64,000 nucleotides of DNA from Candidatus Zestomicrobium tamdykulense (GTDB taxonomy: Archaea; Thermoproteota; Thermoprotei_A; Sulfolobales; NBVN01). Below the pieces are notes generated by a model. It was not told the origin of the DNA. It ran no database searches and saw only the letters and a list, made by a program, of their open reading frames with translations. Position numbers and translations under genes: made by a program. The stretch lies in contig JAVVFV010000003.1 in NCBI GenBank assembly GCA_039889305.1, positions 511 to 64,510 of the forward strand. The letters run 5' to 3'. Below, piece after piece: positions 39,987 to 48,867 of this stretch. How positions within the stretch are numbered: position 1 is the first letter of the stretch; each line of letters begins with the position of its first letter.

Positions 39987-40721
39987 GTGCAACGAATGAA
40001 TAAAGTGTGTGTATTCTTAAGTTTGTTCTTGCTAACTAATCTTTTATTAGCTAGTACCTACTACGCTACCACGCAACCAAACATAACTAACTATTACCTG
40101 AATCCAGACGGGTCAGTATTAGTTGAATTAATGTTCTTGAATGTCTCGCAACAAACGATAGAAGTCTCGCTAGAGCAGGGTTTTGATGCGTCAACTCTTC
40201 ACGCTGTAGACTCGGACGGTGTGTCCTTACCGATTGATGTGGTTGGGGATAAAGTTCTCATTAATGTAGTAAGTAGTGTTAAGTGGGTTAAGCTCACATA
40301 CCTCATTCCTGAGAATGCTGAAGTAAGCGACGGTATTGTTTTTAAGTTTGTGTTGAGACCACAAGGAGATTGCACTATACACGTGTCCGAAGATTTCATG
40401 CTACTGACGTTCACAGGTAGTCCGGTGATAGATCTAGTTGATGAAACTTTATTGTTGGAGTATAAAGGTATTGATGTAGTGGAAGTCACTGTTGTAATGC
40501 TTCAACCAGTTACACAGATTACCACTAACCAAACTACTATTAATACTACTACCAACATTACCACTAACATTACTACTGACCAGACTGCTACTAACCAAAC
40601 TACTACTAGCTTACCTCCAAGCCAGCCCGGAATTGAAGGCAGTTTCATAATTGCTATAGTAGCTGCAACAGTAATCATTCTGGTCTTGGTTATGGTTCTC
40701 TTCTACAGGAAGCATAAGTAG
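39987..40721 (+). CDS. Membrane-anchored surface protein (COG2512-like ectodomain, Thr-rich stalk, C-terminal TM); likely start ATG 39996
   Basis: Signal peptide, a beta-rich domain (YYLNPDGSVLV), Thr/Asn repeats, a TM helix and the basic tail RKHK. Confidence 0.7.
   Translation: MQRMNKVCVFLSLFLLTNLLLASTYYATTQPNITNYYLNPDGSVLVELMFLNVSQQTIEVSLEQGFDASTLHAVDSDGVSLPIDVVGDKVLINVVSSVKWVKLTYLIPENAEVSDGIVFKFVLRPQGDCTIHVSEDFMLLTFTGSPVIDLVDETLLLEYKGIDVVEVTVVMLQPVTQITTNQTTINTTTNITTNITTDQTATNQTTTSLPPSQPGIEGSFIIAIVAATVIILVLVMVLFYRKHK
40518..40610 (+). repeat. Coding low-complexity tandem repeat (ATTACCACTAAC-like units) encoding a Thr/Asn-rich stalk
   Basis: Encodes ITTNQTTINTTTNITTNITTDQTATNQTTT, with repeated N-x-T sequons. 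Confidence 0.8.
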
Positions 40722-40831
40722 GATTTTATTAAAGAAGTTTGTTTTCTTAACATGAGAACGGAGTATGATTCTAAGTCCTCTTTTTTGATGGTAGATCCTG
40801 AAGAAAAGAGTTAGGCACCGACGGCCACTAG

Positions 40832-41257
40832 TTAGGAGATCTTAAGCTTAGATCTCATGTTTAAGCCCTCGAGAAAGAAGAGAGTGAAAGCTACTATACT
40901 CAGAATCAGCAATAACAACTTATCCGAGGTTACGGACCTACTAACAATGATCACGTATGCTTGGCTTAAGCTAATACCAAAGAAAAACAACGAGTATATT
41001 AAGAGTCTAGGTGTTAGTCTCCCACCTAAAAATACGTAACCCTCTAAAGGGATTATTTTAGTGACTGTGTAGCCGTCTCCCCTCTTACCAATAACACCTA
41101 AATCCTCTAGTTTCTTAAGATGATAATACACACTACTTACAGGTATGTCTAGCGCTCTAGCGATGTCTCTAACCCCTTTAGGGTCTTTAGATTCTAGGAG
41201 ATACACGTATATCTTGAGAGCAGTCCTACTTAAGTCTTCGGCTTGAGTTACCATCAA
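40832..41257 (-). CDS. Winged-HTH transcriptional regulator with two C-terminal TM helices
   Basis: ALKIYVYLL...GVRDIARALDIPVSSVYYHLKKLEDLG followed by two hydrophobic helices. Confidence 0.82.
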   Translation of the reverse strand: MMVTQAEDLSRTALKIYVYLLESKDPKGVRDIARALDIPVSSVYYHLKKLEDLGVIGKRGDGYTVTKIIPLEGYVFLGGRLTPRLLIYSLFFFGISLSQAYVIIVSRSVTSDKLLLLILSIVAFTLFFLEGLNMRSKLKIS

Positions 41258-41388
41258 CTAGCCACTAATACTGTTACGTAACTCACACTAAAAAACTAAA
41301 GAATTTTTAGTGTTCTAGTATTCGAACAATACTGTTCTAGGTATAGAGTTATCTAAGCTTAAATCGAGAAGTTTTGTGAGGTGACTTA

Positions 41389-43557
41389 ATGAGGCGAGAA
41401 GTCTTCGTAGTACTAGCTATTATGTCTCTAGTTATTGGTGCGTCTCTACCACTAATTATGAGTAATATTCTTAGCGAGACTTACAAACCTGTAGGAACTA
41501 GTGTCACACCAACGTATGAGTTGAGTAGTCCTTATGAGGAGCAGCAAGTAAATATTTCTCTAATTAACTTGGGTGATTTAAGGAAGTTTAGTAGTTATGA
41601 GGAACTAGCTCAGTACTTGAGGTCTTTAATGAGTCTTAATACCCTGGTTAATCAGCTAGTTCGTTTACACAGCTCACGGCTCGACGTACTTAAGGAGATT
41701 ACCGGGGAAGGTTACGTCACCCCACAGCAAGAAGTAACTACCTTAACTTCTAAAACTAACGTTCAGGTTGAAGGTATTGATGAGCCAGATATAGTGAAGA
41801 ACAATGCTGAGTTAATAGTTGTTGCGTCAGGCGATAAAGTATTTATTGTGGGTGTTCCGAGAAAAACAGTCTTGAGTGTACTTATTCTGAATGAGTATGT
41901 TAGTGGCTTATTCCTACACAAAAACAAGCTAGTAGTTATTACTGAAACATACGTTAGGTACCCGATAACACCCGACATAGAGTGTAGGTGTTTCGTAGTA
42001 CCTCCCGGAACCCCTAACGTGAATACGTACGTGTACGACATTAGTAACGCCAGTAATCCAGTCTTACTAAGCAGGATTTCCGTAACTGGTAGTATGCTGA
42101 GTTCCAGGCTTTCAGGAAATTACCTATATGTAATAACTAATACATTACTTAATGAGTCAATAATACCTCTAATTAATGATGAACCTGCACCACTAGAAAC
42201 CCTTGTAGTGGTAGACATTATCCCTAACTCATACACTCTTATATTAGCATTAAATCTCGATAAACTAGATTACACGACCTACACTTTCTTGACTGGTGGT
42301 GGTAGCTGGCTTTACATGTCTCTTAATAACCTATACGTGGCTCGCGAAACCAGATTTAGTTTTCTTGACGCGTACATACAAACACTAAAAACCTTCACTA
42401 ATCACCTACCTAACGAGACAGCAAGCAAAATAATTGAGTTGATAAATAAAGGTTGGTTAGACATAGCTCGTGAGAAAATAGAAGACTATCTCTTAAGCAT
42501 GGATGAAGAGAGTCGTAAAGAGCTGCTTAGTAAGGTTATTAATGAAGTTAATAAAGAACCTAAATACGACTCAACAACGTTTTACGTATTCTCTATTGAT
42601 GGACTCACAATAAGTTTGAGAGGTTCCTTCAACGTCTCAGGACATCTCCTCGACCAGTTTGCTATGGAGGAAGCAGGCAATTACTTCATAACCGCCACAA
42701 CAGGAAACAACTACTCAGTAGTGGTTTCGTTTGAGTCTCTAGTTAAGGTATACGCCATAGTAGGTAAGGAAACAGAAACACACGAGATAGTTATTCAGGA
42801 ATGCTCTGCTAGTGGGTGTGTGTCGAAGAAAATTCCAGTAGTGATTAACCGGAGTATGCCGCAAGTCCCCTACGAGTATACGAGACCCACACTAACAATA
42901 TACATGTCCGTCGTTGGCGAGACAAGTAATAACGTGTTCGTGATTGACTTAACAAGTCTTCAAATAGTAGGTTCATTAATAGGTCTTGCTCGCGAAGAGA
43001 GAATATATTCGGCTAGATTAATAGGCAACATATTCTTCTTAGTTACTTTCAGGCAGGTGGATCCCTTATTCGCTATAGATATCTCAGACCCAAGTAACCC
43101 CCGTGTTCTAGGATTTCTTAAAATCCCTGGTTTTAGTGAGTACTTACACCCATTACCTGAGAACATGTTGTTAGGTATAGGTGTTGAGGGATCTAACCTA
43201 AAAATATCGTTATTTAATGTCTCAGACCCAACTAACATGAATGAAGTCTCGAAGGTTATAGTATATTCAGCGTGGTCTCAAGCTCTTCACGACTATCACG
43301 CAGTAACGGTATATCCGGAGAAAGAAATCATCATGATCCCACTCACTAGTTACGTAATGTATCATGTACCTAACGGAGCACTAGTAGTGAGCTACAGAAA
43401 CAATACATTAAGAGTTGAGACAATACTTCCTCACGAGTACTGCTTACGCATAACCTACGTAGATAAGGAACTCTTCACGATTTCACTAAACCTCATAAAA
43501 ATATTCGATGCTAATACTTACGAGGAATTAGGTCAGATAATTCTTGAAAAAAGCTAG
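41389..43557 (+). CDS. Secreted beta-propeller domain protein (COG4880-like)
   Basis: Signal/TM anchor, SKTNVQVEGIDEPDIVK, G.LLDQFAM.E, ERIYSARL, LVTFRQVDPLFAID, LKIPGFSEYLHP and LKISLF.V.DP. Confidence 0.88.
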   Translation: MRREVFVVLAIMSLVIGASLPLIMSNILSETYKPVGTSVTPTYELSSPYEEQQVNISLINLGDLRKFSSYEELAQYLRSLMSLNTLVNQLVRLHSSRLDVLKEITGEGYVTPQQEVTTLTSKTNVQVEGIDEPDIVKNNAELIVVASGDKVFIVGVPRKTVLSVLILNEYVSGLFLHKNKLVVITETYVRYPITPDIECRCFVVPPGTPNVNTYVYDISNASNPVLLSRISVTGSMLSSRLSGNYLYVITNTLLNESIIPLINDEPAPLETLVVVDIIPNSYTLILALNLDKLDYTTYTFLTGGGSWLYMSLNNLYVARETRFSFLDAYIQTLKTFTNHLPNETASKIIELINKGWLDIAREKIEDYLLSMDEESRKELLSKVINEVNKEPKYDSTTFYVFSIDGLTISLRGSFNVSGHLLDQFAMEEAGNYFITATTGNNYSVVVSFESLVKVYAIVGKETETHEIVIQECSASGCVSKKIPVVINRSMPQVPYEYTRPTLTIYMSVVGETSNNVFVIDLTSLQIVGSLIGLAREERIYSARLIGNIFFLVTFRQVDPLFAIDISDPSNPRVLGFLKIPGFSEYLHPLPENMLLGIGVEGSNLKISLFNVSDPTNMNEVSKVIVYSAWSQALHDYHAVTVYPEKEIIMIPLTSYVMYHVPNGALVVSYRNNTLRVETILPHEYCLRITYVDKELFTISLNLIKIFDANTYEELGQIILEKS

Positions 43558-43584
43558 TTTTTATTTAATTTAAGATCTCTTCCT

Positions 43585-45357
43585 TCAAGGATAATTAGGT
43601 ACTACTGGAGGTAACTTAGTTATTTTTGAGTAAATCTTATTCAATATGATGTGGATTATTATTAGTAGTACTATCCCGACAGGCAATAGTATTAGCGGGC
43701 TTGTCACACCTAAAGCTAGGAGGGCGTAGAGTACTGCACTTAAGAGTCCCGCGGTTAATGCGTAAGGTAGTTGTGTTGAGACATGATCTATGTGGTCTGA
43801 AGCAGAGAACATAGATGACATTATGGTCGTGTCACTTATTGGTGAGCAATGATCCCCGAAAATACCGCCTCCAAACACAGCTCCTATAGAAGCAAAAGTA
43901 ATTACGTATGCGATACCTACGTTATCTGGATATTGGAGTAGAGCTAGCTGCCAAGCCATGGGCACAGCTATAGGCATCATGACTCCGAAAGTTCCCCAGC
44001 TAGTACCAGTACTGAATGATATGAACATTGAGACTAAGTATATTATTAGTGGAACGAGAAACACTGAAAGCCCTGCTACTACTGCCCCGTGAATCACGTA
44101 CTCAGCAGTACCTACAGCATCAGTTGCTGACTTGATGCACCAAGCATGAAGCAAGATAGTGTTAGGCAGAACCATTAAGTACATGCCCTTAATTGTCTGC
44201 TTCATTACCTCCCTGAAACTCATTATCCGCCCTAACAATATCCAAGCAAACGTGACTAAGTATGTCGCTATACCTCCCCAGAAGAGGGCTTTAGCTGAGT
44301 CAGCCTCCATTAAGGCGTCCATGAAGGATGTTTCCCAGAACCTACTGAGTTCTTCAGCACCTGTAGCCCACATACTTAACAAAGTAACAAGTACTAGAAC
44401 TATCATGGCTATCGCGAATAACCATCCTGAAGCTTGCTTCTTAGATGTTGGTTCCGCGCCCAAGACCTCCTCCGTAGGTAAGAGTGGAACAGCACCGTCT
44501 CTGATTACTTTCCCTTCCTTCAGCACTCTCCATTCTGCTTGAAGCATAGGTCCGTAATGCCTTCTAGTAAGCACGACCAAGAACACTAGTATTATGGCTA
44601 ATATGGAGTAGAAGTGGTAGGGAACGGAGTTTAACCACATTAAGTACGCTTCATATACGGGTGCCGCACTTATTGCTCCTATTTCGGCTTGTGCTCTTAA
44701 GGTATCTATAGAGTTTTTTATTAGTCCTACCTCATGCCCTATCCAAGACGAGACCAGTGCTATACCAGCTACTGGTGCGGCAGTGGAGTCTACTATATAG
44801 CTTAGCAACTCTCTACTAACCCTAAGTCTATCAGTTACCGGCCTTGTAGAATTACCTACTATAACGGTGTTGCCGTAATCATCAAAGAATACTGCAATAC
44901 CTAAGAGTGAAGCTACAAAACTAGCCCCCCTAGCACTCTTAATCTTCTTAGAAATTGATTTAGCGGCTGAGTGCACAGCTCCAGACGCGTAGAGTAGCCC
45001 CATGAACGCTCCTAAGACAAAGTCGTACAAAAGTATCGCGGCATTCCAAGGGTCTGTCGCGTTTTCTATATACCAATCAATCACTTGTATCGTACCACCT
45101 GCCGGGTTATATCCAGCAACCATTAAAGCACCTACCCACACGCCAGCAAATAAGGCAGGAATGACTTCCCCGGTAGCCATAGCTAAAGCTATTGCGAGTA
45201 GTGGTGGTAGTAACGGGAAAGTCACGTAGGGGAACCTCTTATCTTCAGGCATGAACTCTGCTTGAGGTGGTGTAAAAGTAATTAAAGCGATTGCTATTAT
45301 CACCAAGACTGTAGCCAACTTAAGGATTTTTCGAATTTCTTTATCCATACATAACAC
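43585..45357 (-). CDS. NhaC-family (COG1757) Na+/H+ antiporter / amino-acid transporter
   Basis: LPPLLAI.LA, FFDDY.N, DSTAAP, FSTGTSWGTFG, GDHCSPISDTTIMSS and HIDHV.TQLPYA. Confidence 0.92.
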   Translation of the reverse strand: MLCMDKEIRKILKLATVLVIIAIALITFTPPQAEFMPEDKRFPYVTFPLLPPLLAIALAMATGEVIPALFAGVWVGALMVAGYNPAGGTIQVIDWYIENATDPWNAAILLYDFVLGAFMGLLYASGAVHSAAKSISKKIKSARGASFVASLLGIAVFFDDYGNTVIVGNSTRPVTDRLRVSRELLSYIVDSTAAPVAGIALVSSWIGHEVGLIKNSIDTLRAQAEIGAISAAPVYEAYLMWLNSVPYHFYSILAIILVFLVVLTRRHYGPMLQAEWRVLKEGKVIRDGAVPLLPTEEVLGAEPTSKKQASGWLFAIAMIVLVLVTLLSMWATGAEELSRFWETSFMDALMEADSAKALFWGGIATYLVTFAWILLGRIMSFREVMKQTIKGMYLMVLPNTILLHAWCIKSATDAVGTAEYVIHGAVVAGLSVFLVPLIIYLVSMFISFSTGTSWGTFGVMMPIAVPMAWQLALLQYPDNVGIAYVITFASIGAVFGGGIFGDHCSPISDTTIMSSMFSASDHIDHVSTQLPYALTAGLLSAVLYALLALGVTSPLILLPVGIVLLIIIHIILNKIYSKITKLPPVVPNYP

Positions 45358-45415
45358 CTGATTTGAGTACCACTATTAAAGTTATGTAGTAAGCATTTAA
45401 AAAGTTTTGATAGTT

Positions 45416-46213
45416 CTAGACCTCATAGAACGGAAGGCTTAAGCAAGTTACACCGCCATCACATTTCCTAAACTCAGAAACATTTACTTCAATAACCTTA
45501 TAGCCTTCACTTCTCATTTTCTCAACAGTCTTAGGATGTCCTTCAGGAATAAGCACCTTATTATCGCCTAAGTATAACATATTTGCTGCGTAAGCCTCCT
45601 CCAAAACAACGCGGATAAGTTTGAAACCATTAAAATATGAGGGATCAACATACTCAGGCACTATAACCAGGGTTTTATTGCCTACGTAATTAACGGCTGA
45701 GAGTAGATGAAACACCTTATCATTAGGTACTGCAACAACTTTTAAGTCTTTGAAGAAATTCCTTAAAAACTTAACACCGTTGGAGTTCGTTCTGCTAGTA
45801 ATCCCAGCAAATACTATACCTTCACCAGTAATTAAGACATCTCCACCTTCTAGCGTGGCTGGCTCAACAACATTCGTGATAGCAAACCCTATCTTACTTA
45901 AAAACTCACGGATGCTTGATTCCTCCTCCCTTCTACTAGGTGCTCCGAACCTAGAAATTAAGGCACGCTTAACAGAAGACCTCACAACAGTAGTGTCCTG
46001 AATAAACACGGAGTCCGGAAAACCCTCAAGTTGCGGCAACTTATAAACCTTAATACCCTCCTCTTGAAGAATCCTTACATAATTCTCATGTTGTTTAAGA
46101 GCTAACCTATAATCTACGGTATCCCTTAATGGATGTGTTGACACACATCTAGTAAGCTCCTTACCAGGAGGTCTCACTACGACAGAGTCATATAATCTGT
46201 CCTGACTACCCAT
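45416..46213 (-). CDS. Amidinotransferase / dimethylarginine dimethylaminohydrolase (DDAH)-like enzyme
   Basis: PDSVFIQD, LEGGDV, SRTN..G, FHLLS and catalytic EF.KCDGGVTCLS. Confidence 0.88.
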   Translation of the reverse strand: MGSQDRLYDSVVVRPPGKELTRCVSTHPLRDTVDYRLALKQHENYVRILQEEGIKVYKLPQLEGFPDSVFIQDTTVVRSSVKRALISRFGAPSRREEESSIREFLSKIGFAITNVVEPATLEGGDVLITGEGIVFAGITSRTNSNGVKFLRNFFKDLKVVAVPNDKVFHLLSAVNYVGNKTLVIVPEYVDPSYFNGFKLIRVVLEEAYAANMLYLGDNKVLIPEGHPKTVEKMRSEGYKVIEVNVSEFRKCDGGVTCLSLPFYEV

Positions 46214-46401
46214 GTTCTACCTTAAGAACTTACTAAGACAATAATATTTTAATATTTCATGTTAGAACAGGTTAGAAGACTATGTAATCAAAAACATAAT
46301 GTGCTGGCTCCTCTTTCAGTAATTCAGACGTTTATAGAGAGGTTTAGGGTGTGCTCTCTTAACAAAACCTGATAGCTCCTATGAATGCTTTCGTCAAGTA
46401 T

Positions 46402-46959
46402 TTACTTGATGTTTATGCCTATATTTCTTAACATATTTCTTAATATGTGGCTGCAATCTTTAGGTAATCCAGAATTAACCATTTCTTCTATGGTGTTTTT
46501 AATGTTTAGCACTATTTCTCTCACGTCCTCATAGCCTGCTTTGAGGTAGCGTATGCCTTGAAGATATGTTGCTACAGCATCTGAGAGTCTTACTAGTTTC
46601 GCTTCGTTCGTGAGTTCCTTATTTAGGTCTTTCAACAAATCTTCGTACTTACTTAGGTTGAGCTGATTCATAGCTTCTAACTCTGCCTCAGCAAAGAGTT
46701 CGGGAGCTTTGGTCTTAACTAATCTTACAACATCTCCTATAACTGCTTCAGGTACGTCGTGCAGTAAGCTCATCTTCAGAACTTTCTCTACATTAACTTC
46801 AAGACAACTATTTTTCAGCGTGTCTGCTAGGTACATGCTAACTAACATTACCTCGAAGGTATGGCTAGCCACTGTTTCAGCGATAGAGTTTGGTATCCCT
46901 CTTATTACCCATCCACTCCTAACAACGTATTTTAGATTCGAGATTCTCTCTAGGTTCAT
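46402..46959 (-). CDS. HD-domain hydrolase (YfbR/HDDC2 5'-deoxynucleotidase-like)
   Basis: LKYVVRSGW, ETVASH, LLHDVPEA.IGD and SD..A.YLQ. Confidence 0.88.
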   Translation of the reverse strand: MNLERISNLKYVVRSGWVIRGIPNSIAETVASHTFEVMLVSMYLADTLKNSCLEVNVEKVLKMSLLHDVPEAVIGDVVRLVKTKAPELFAEAELEAMNQLNLSKYEDLLKDLNKELTNEAKLVRLSDAVATYLQGIRYLKAGYEDVREIVLNIKNTIEEMVNSGLPKDCSHILRNMLRNIGINIK

Positions 46960-46985
46960 TCACCCACCTATACAGAATACCTCAG

Positions 46986-47070
46986 ATATATTAATTAAAG
47001 CTGAGCTCTTAAACGATGAGGTATGAAGTACAGAATGAGATAAGTATGGTTATATATTAATTAAAGCTGA
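46986..47070. repeat. Perfect 19-bp direct repeat ATATATTAATTAAAGCTGA (46986-47004 and 47052-47070)
   Basis: Two identical copies 66 nt apart in the intergenic region upstream of the HD hydrolase. Confidence 0.85.
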
Positions 47071-47300
47071 ATAAGTATGATTAGCATGAGGTAAGCGCAC
47101 ACTACAATAAGCACCTCCCTAAGTGTTGTTGATATTTTCTTACCTAAAGGATTTAACTCTAGTTCTTGACGCCTCGGATAATTCGTCGTGAGCACGCAGT
47201 CAGGAACAAAACCAAGCATCCGATTATTAACTAATCTAACGATTTCTATTGATGAGTATACTAGAGCTAGTAGGGAAAGCAATAAGAAACTTACAGGCAC
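47061..47300 (-). CDS. Possible small two-TM protein or gene remnant
   Basis: 79-aa ORF with hydrophobic ends and no recognised motif. It ends inside the direct repeat. Confidence 0.3.
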   Translation of the reverse strand: MPVSFLLLSLLALVYSSIEIVRLVNNRMLGFVPDCVLTTNYPRRQELELNPLGKKISTTLREVLIVVCAYLMLIILIQL

Positions 47301-47424
47301 TAATAAGCTTGTACTTACTTAAACAATCATCAAAACCAAAACACATAAACAAGAATAAAGAATGATGGACACTTAAAATGTTTTTTTAACTATTCCTCGA
47401 AAATATATGTGAGAGGTGTCTTGA

Positions 47425-48867
47425 TTGAGTTTTAGTGAGGAACTCTTAACTAGGTTGATTGATGAGGGGGCCGCTGCTGGGGCTTCTTACGTGGAGGTAC
47501 GTTACCAAAACGATTACGGTTCCTCAGTTTCTATGAGGAATGGTAAGGTGTTAGGGGTTAGGTCCTTTAAAGAGGAGGGTGTTGGGATTAGAGTCTTAGC
47601 TAACGGGTCTCTTGGGTTTGCAGCAACAAACGACTTAAGTAGGGAAGGTCTTAGTAAGGCTCTTGAGTATGCTATTAGTAGAGCTAGGTCGGTAGCTCAA
47701 CTGAGGAGGGGCCCTATTCAATTTACTGAGGAGAAGGTTGGTAGAGCTTCTTACGAGGTTGTGCCAAAAATAAAATTAGAGGACGTGAGTATGGAGGGTT
47801 TAATGGGTTTAGGTAGGGAGGTATTTAAAGTCTTAACAGAGTCTGTTAGCCAGGTTAAGCTTCCGGTCTGTGTATTCAGTGCTGAAACTCATACTCAAGA
47901 AAAACTAATTATTACGTCAGACGGCGCTTACGCCAGGTCTAGAATTCCCAGAATGTATGTCTCAGCTAATCTAGTACTTTTCCACCCACAGAAAGGCACC
48001 CTGCAAAGAATGAAAGAATTCGGTAGTTCTGGTGGCGGTGAATTACTTGATGCGTGGAGGCCTATTGATGTTTTGGTGGAAGAAGCTAAGAAGCTTGAGG
48101 TAGTCTTGGTAAGCGGTGTTGAGCCTCCTAAAGAACCTGTTGATGTGGTTGTAGGGTCTGAGATAGTAGGGTTGTTAGTTCATGAATCAGCTGGACATCC
48201 TATGGAGGCCGACAGAATATTAGGGCGTGAAGCTGCGCAAGCCGGGGAATCGTATGTTAAGCGGGAAATGATCGGTAAATTTAGGATAGGTAATGAGTTA
48301 GCTACCGTGATTGAGGACCCCACAATACCTGGTAGTAATGGCTTCTACCTATACGATGATGAAGGAGTGCCTGCAAGACCTAGATATCTCTACAAGGAAG
48401 GCATAATAAACGAAGCTCTCCATAACAGACACACAGCAAATATCTTCGGCGTTAAGAGTAATGCTGCAGCCAGAGCGATGAATTACGCGTCAGAACCCAT
48501 AATACGTATGAGTAACACTTACTTCAAACCAGGAACAATGAGTTTCGATGAACTCATAGAAGACATTAGTACTGGTGTCTTTATTAAGTCCTACATGGAG
48601 TGGAACATCGATGACATAAGATGGAATCAAAGATACGTGGGTTTAGAAGCTTACGTTATAAGGAACGGTGAGTTAGTTGAACCTATTAGAAACCCTGTAC
48701 TAGAGATAACTACTCAGGGATTCTACAGTAACATAGTAGCTGCTGATAAAGAATTAAAGTTCTATCCTGGTACTTGTGGTAAGGGGGAGCCTTCTCAGGG
48801 GGTTCCTGTATGGTTTGGTGGTCCAAATGTTAGGATCTCCAAGATTAGGCTGGGGGTGACGGCGTGA
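47425..48867 (+). CDS. tldD: TldD family metalloprotease (pair 2)
   Basis: VHESAGHPMEADR, YDDEG, RMSNT and TCGKGEP.Q..PVW.GGP. Confidence 0.92.
   Translation: MSFSEELLTRLIDEGAAAGASYVEVRYQNDYGSSVSMRNGKVLGVRSFKEEGVGIRVLANGSLGFAATNDLSREGLSKALEYAISRARSVAQLRRGPIQFTEEKVGRASYEVVPKIKLEDVSMEGLMGLGREVFKVLTESVSQVKLPVCVFSAETHTQEKLIITSDGAYARSRIPRMYVSANLVLFHPQKGTLQRMKEFGSSGGGELLDAWRPIDVLVEEAKKLEVVLVSGVEPPKEPVDVVVGSEIVGLLVHESAGHPMEADRILGREAAQAGESYVKREMIGKFRIGNELATVIEDPTIPGSNGFYLYDDEGVPARPRYLYKEGIINEALHNRHTANIFGVKSNAAARAMNYASEPIIRMSNTYFKPGTMSFDELIEDISTGVFIKSYMEWNIDDIRWNQRYVGLEAYVIRNGELVEPIRNPVLEITTQGFYSNIVAADKELKFYPGTCGKGEPSQGVPVWFGGPNVRISKIRLGVTA

Noticed and set aside
46986-47070. Direct repeat considered as a mini-CRISPR array
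   Set aside because: Only two 19-bp AT-rich copies, no CRISPR-like termini and no cas genes in the window.
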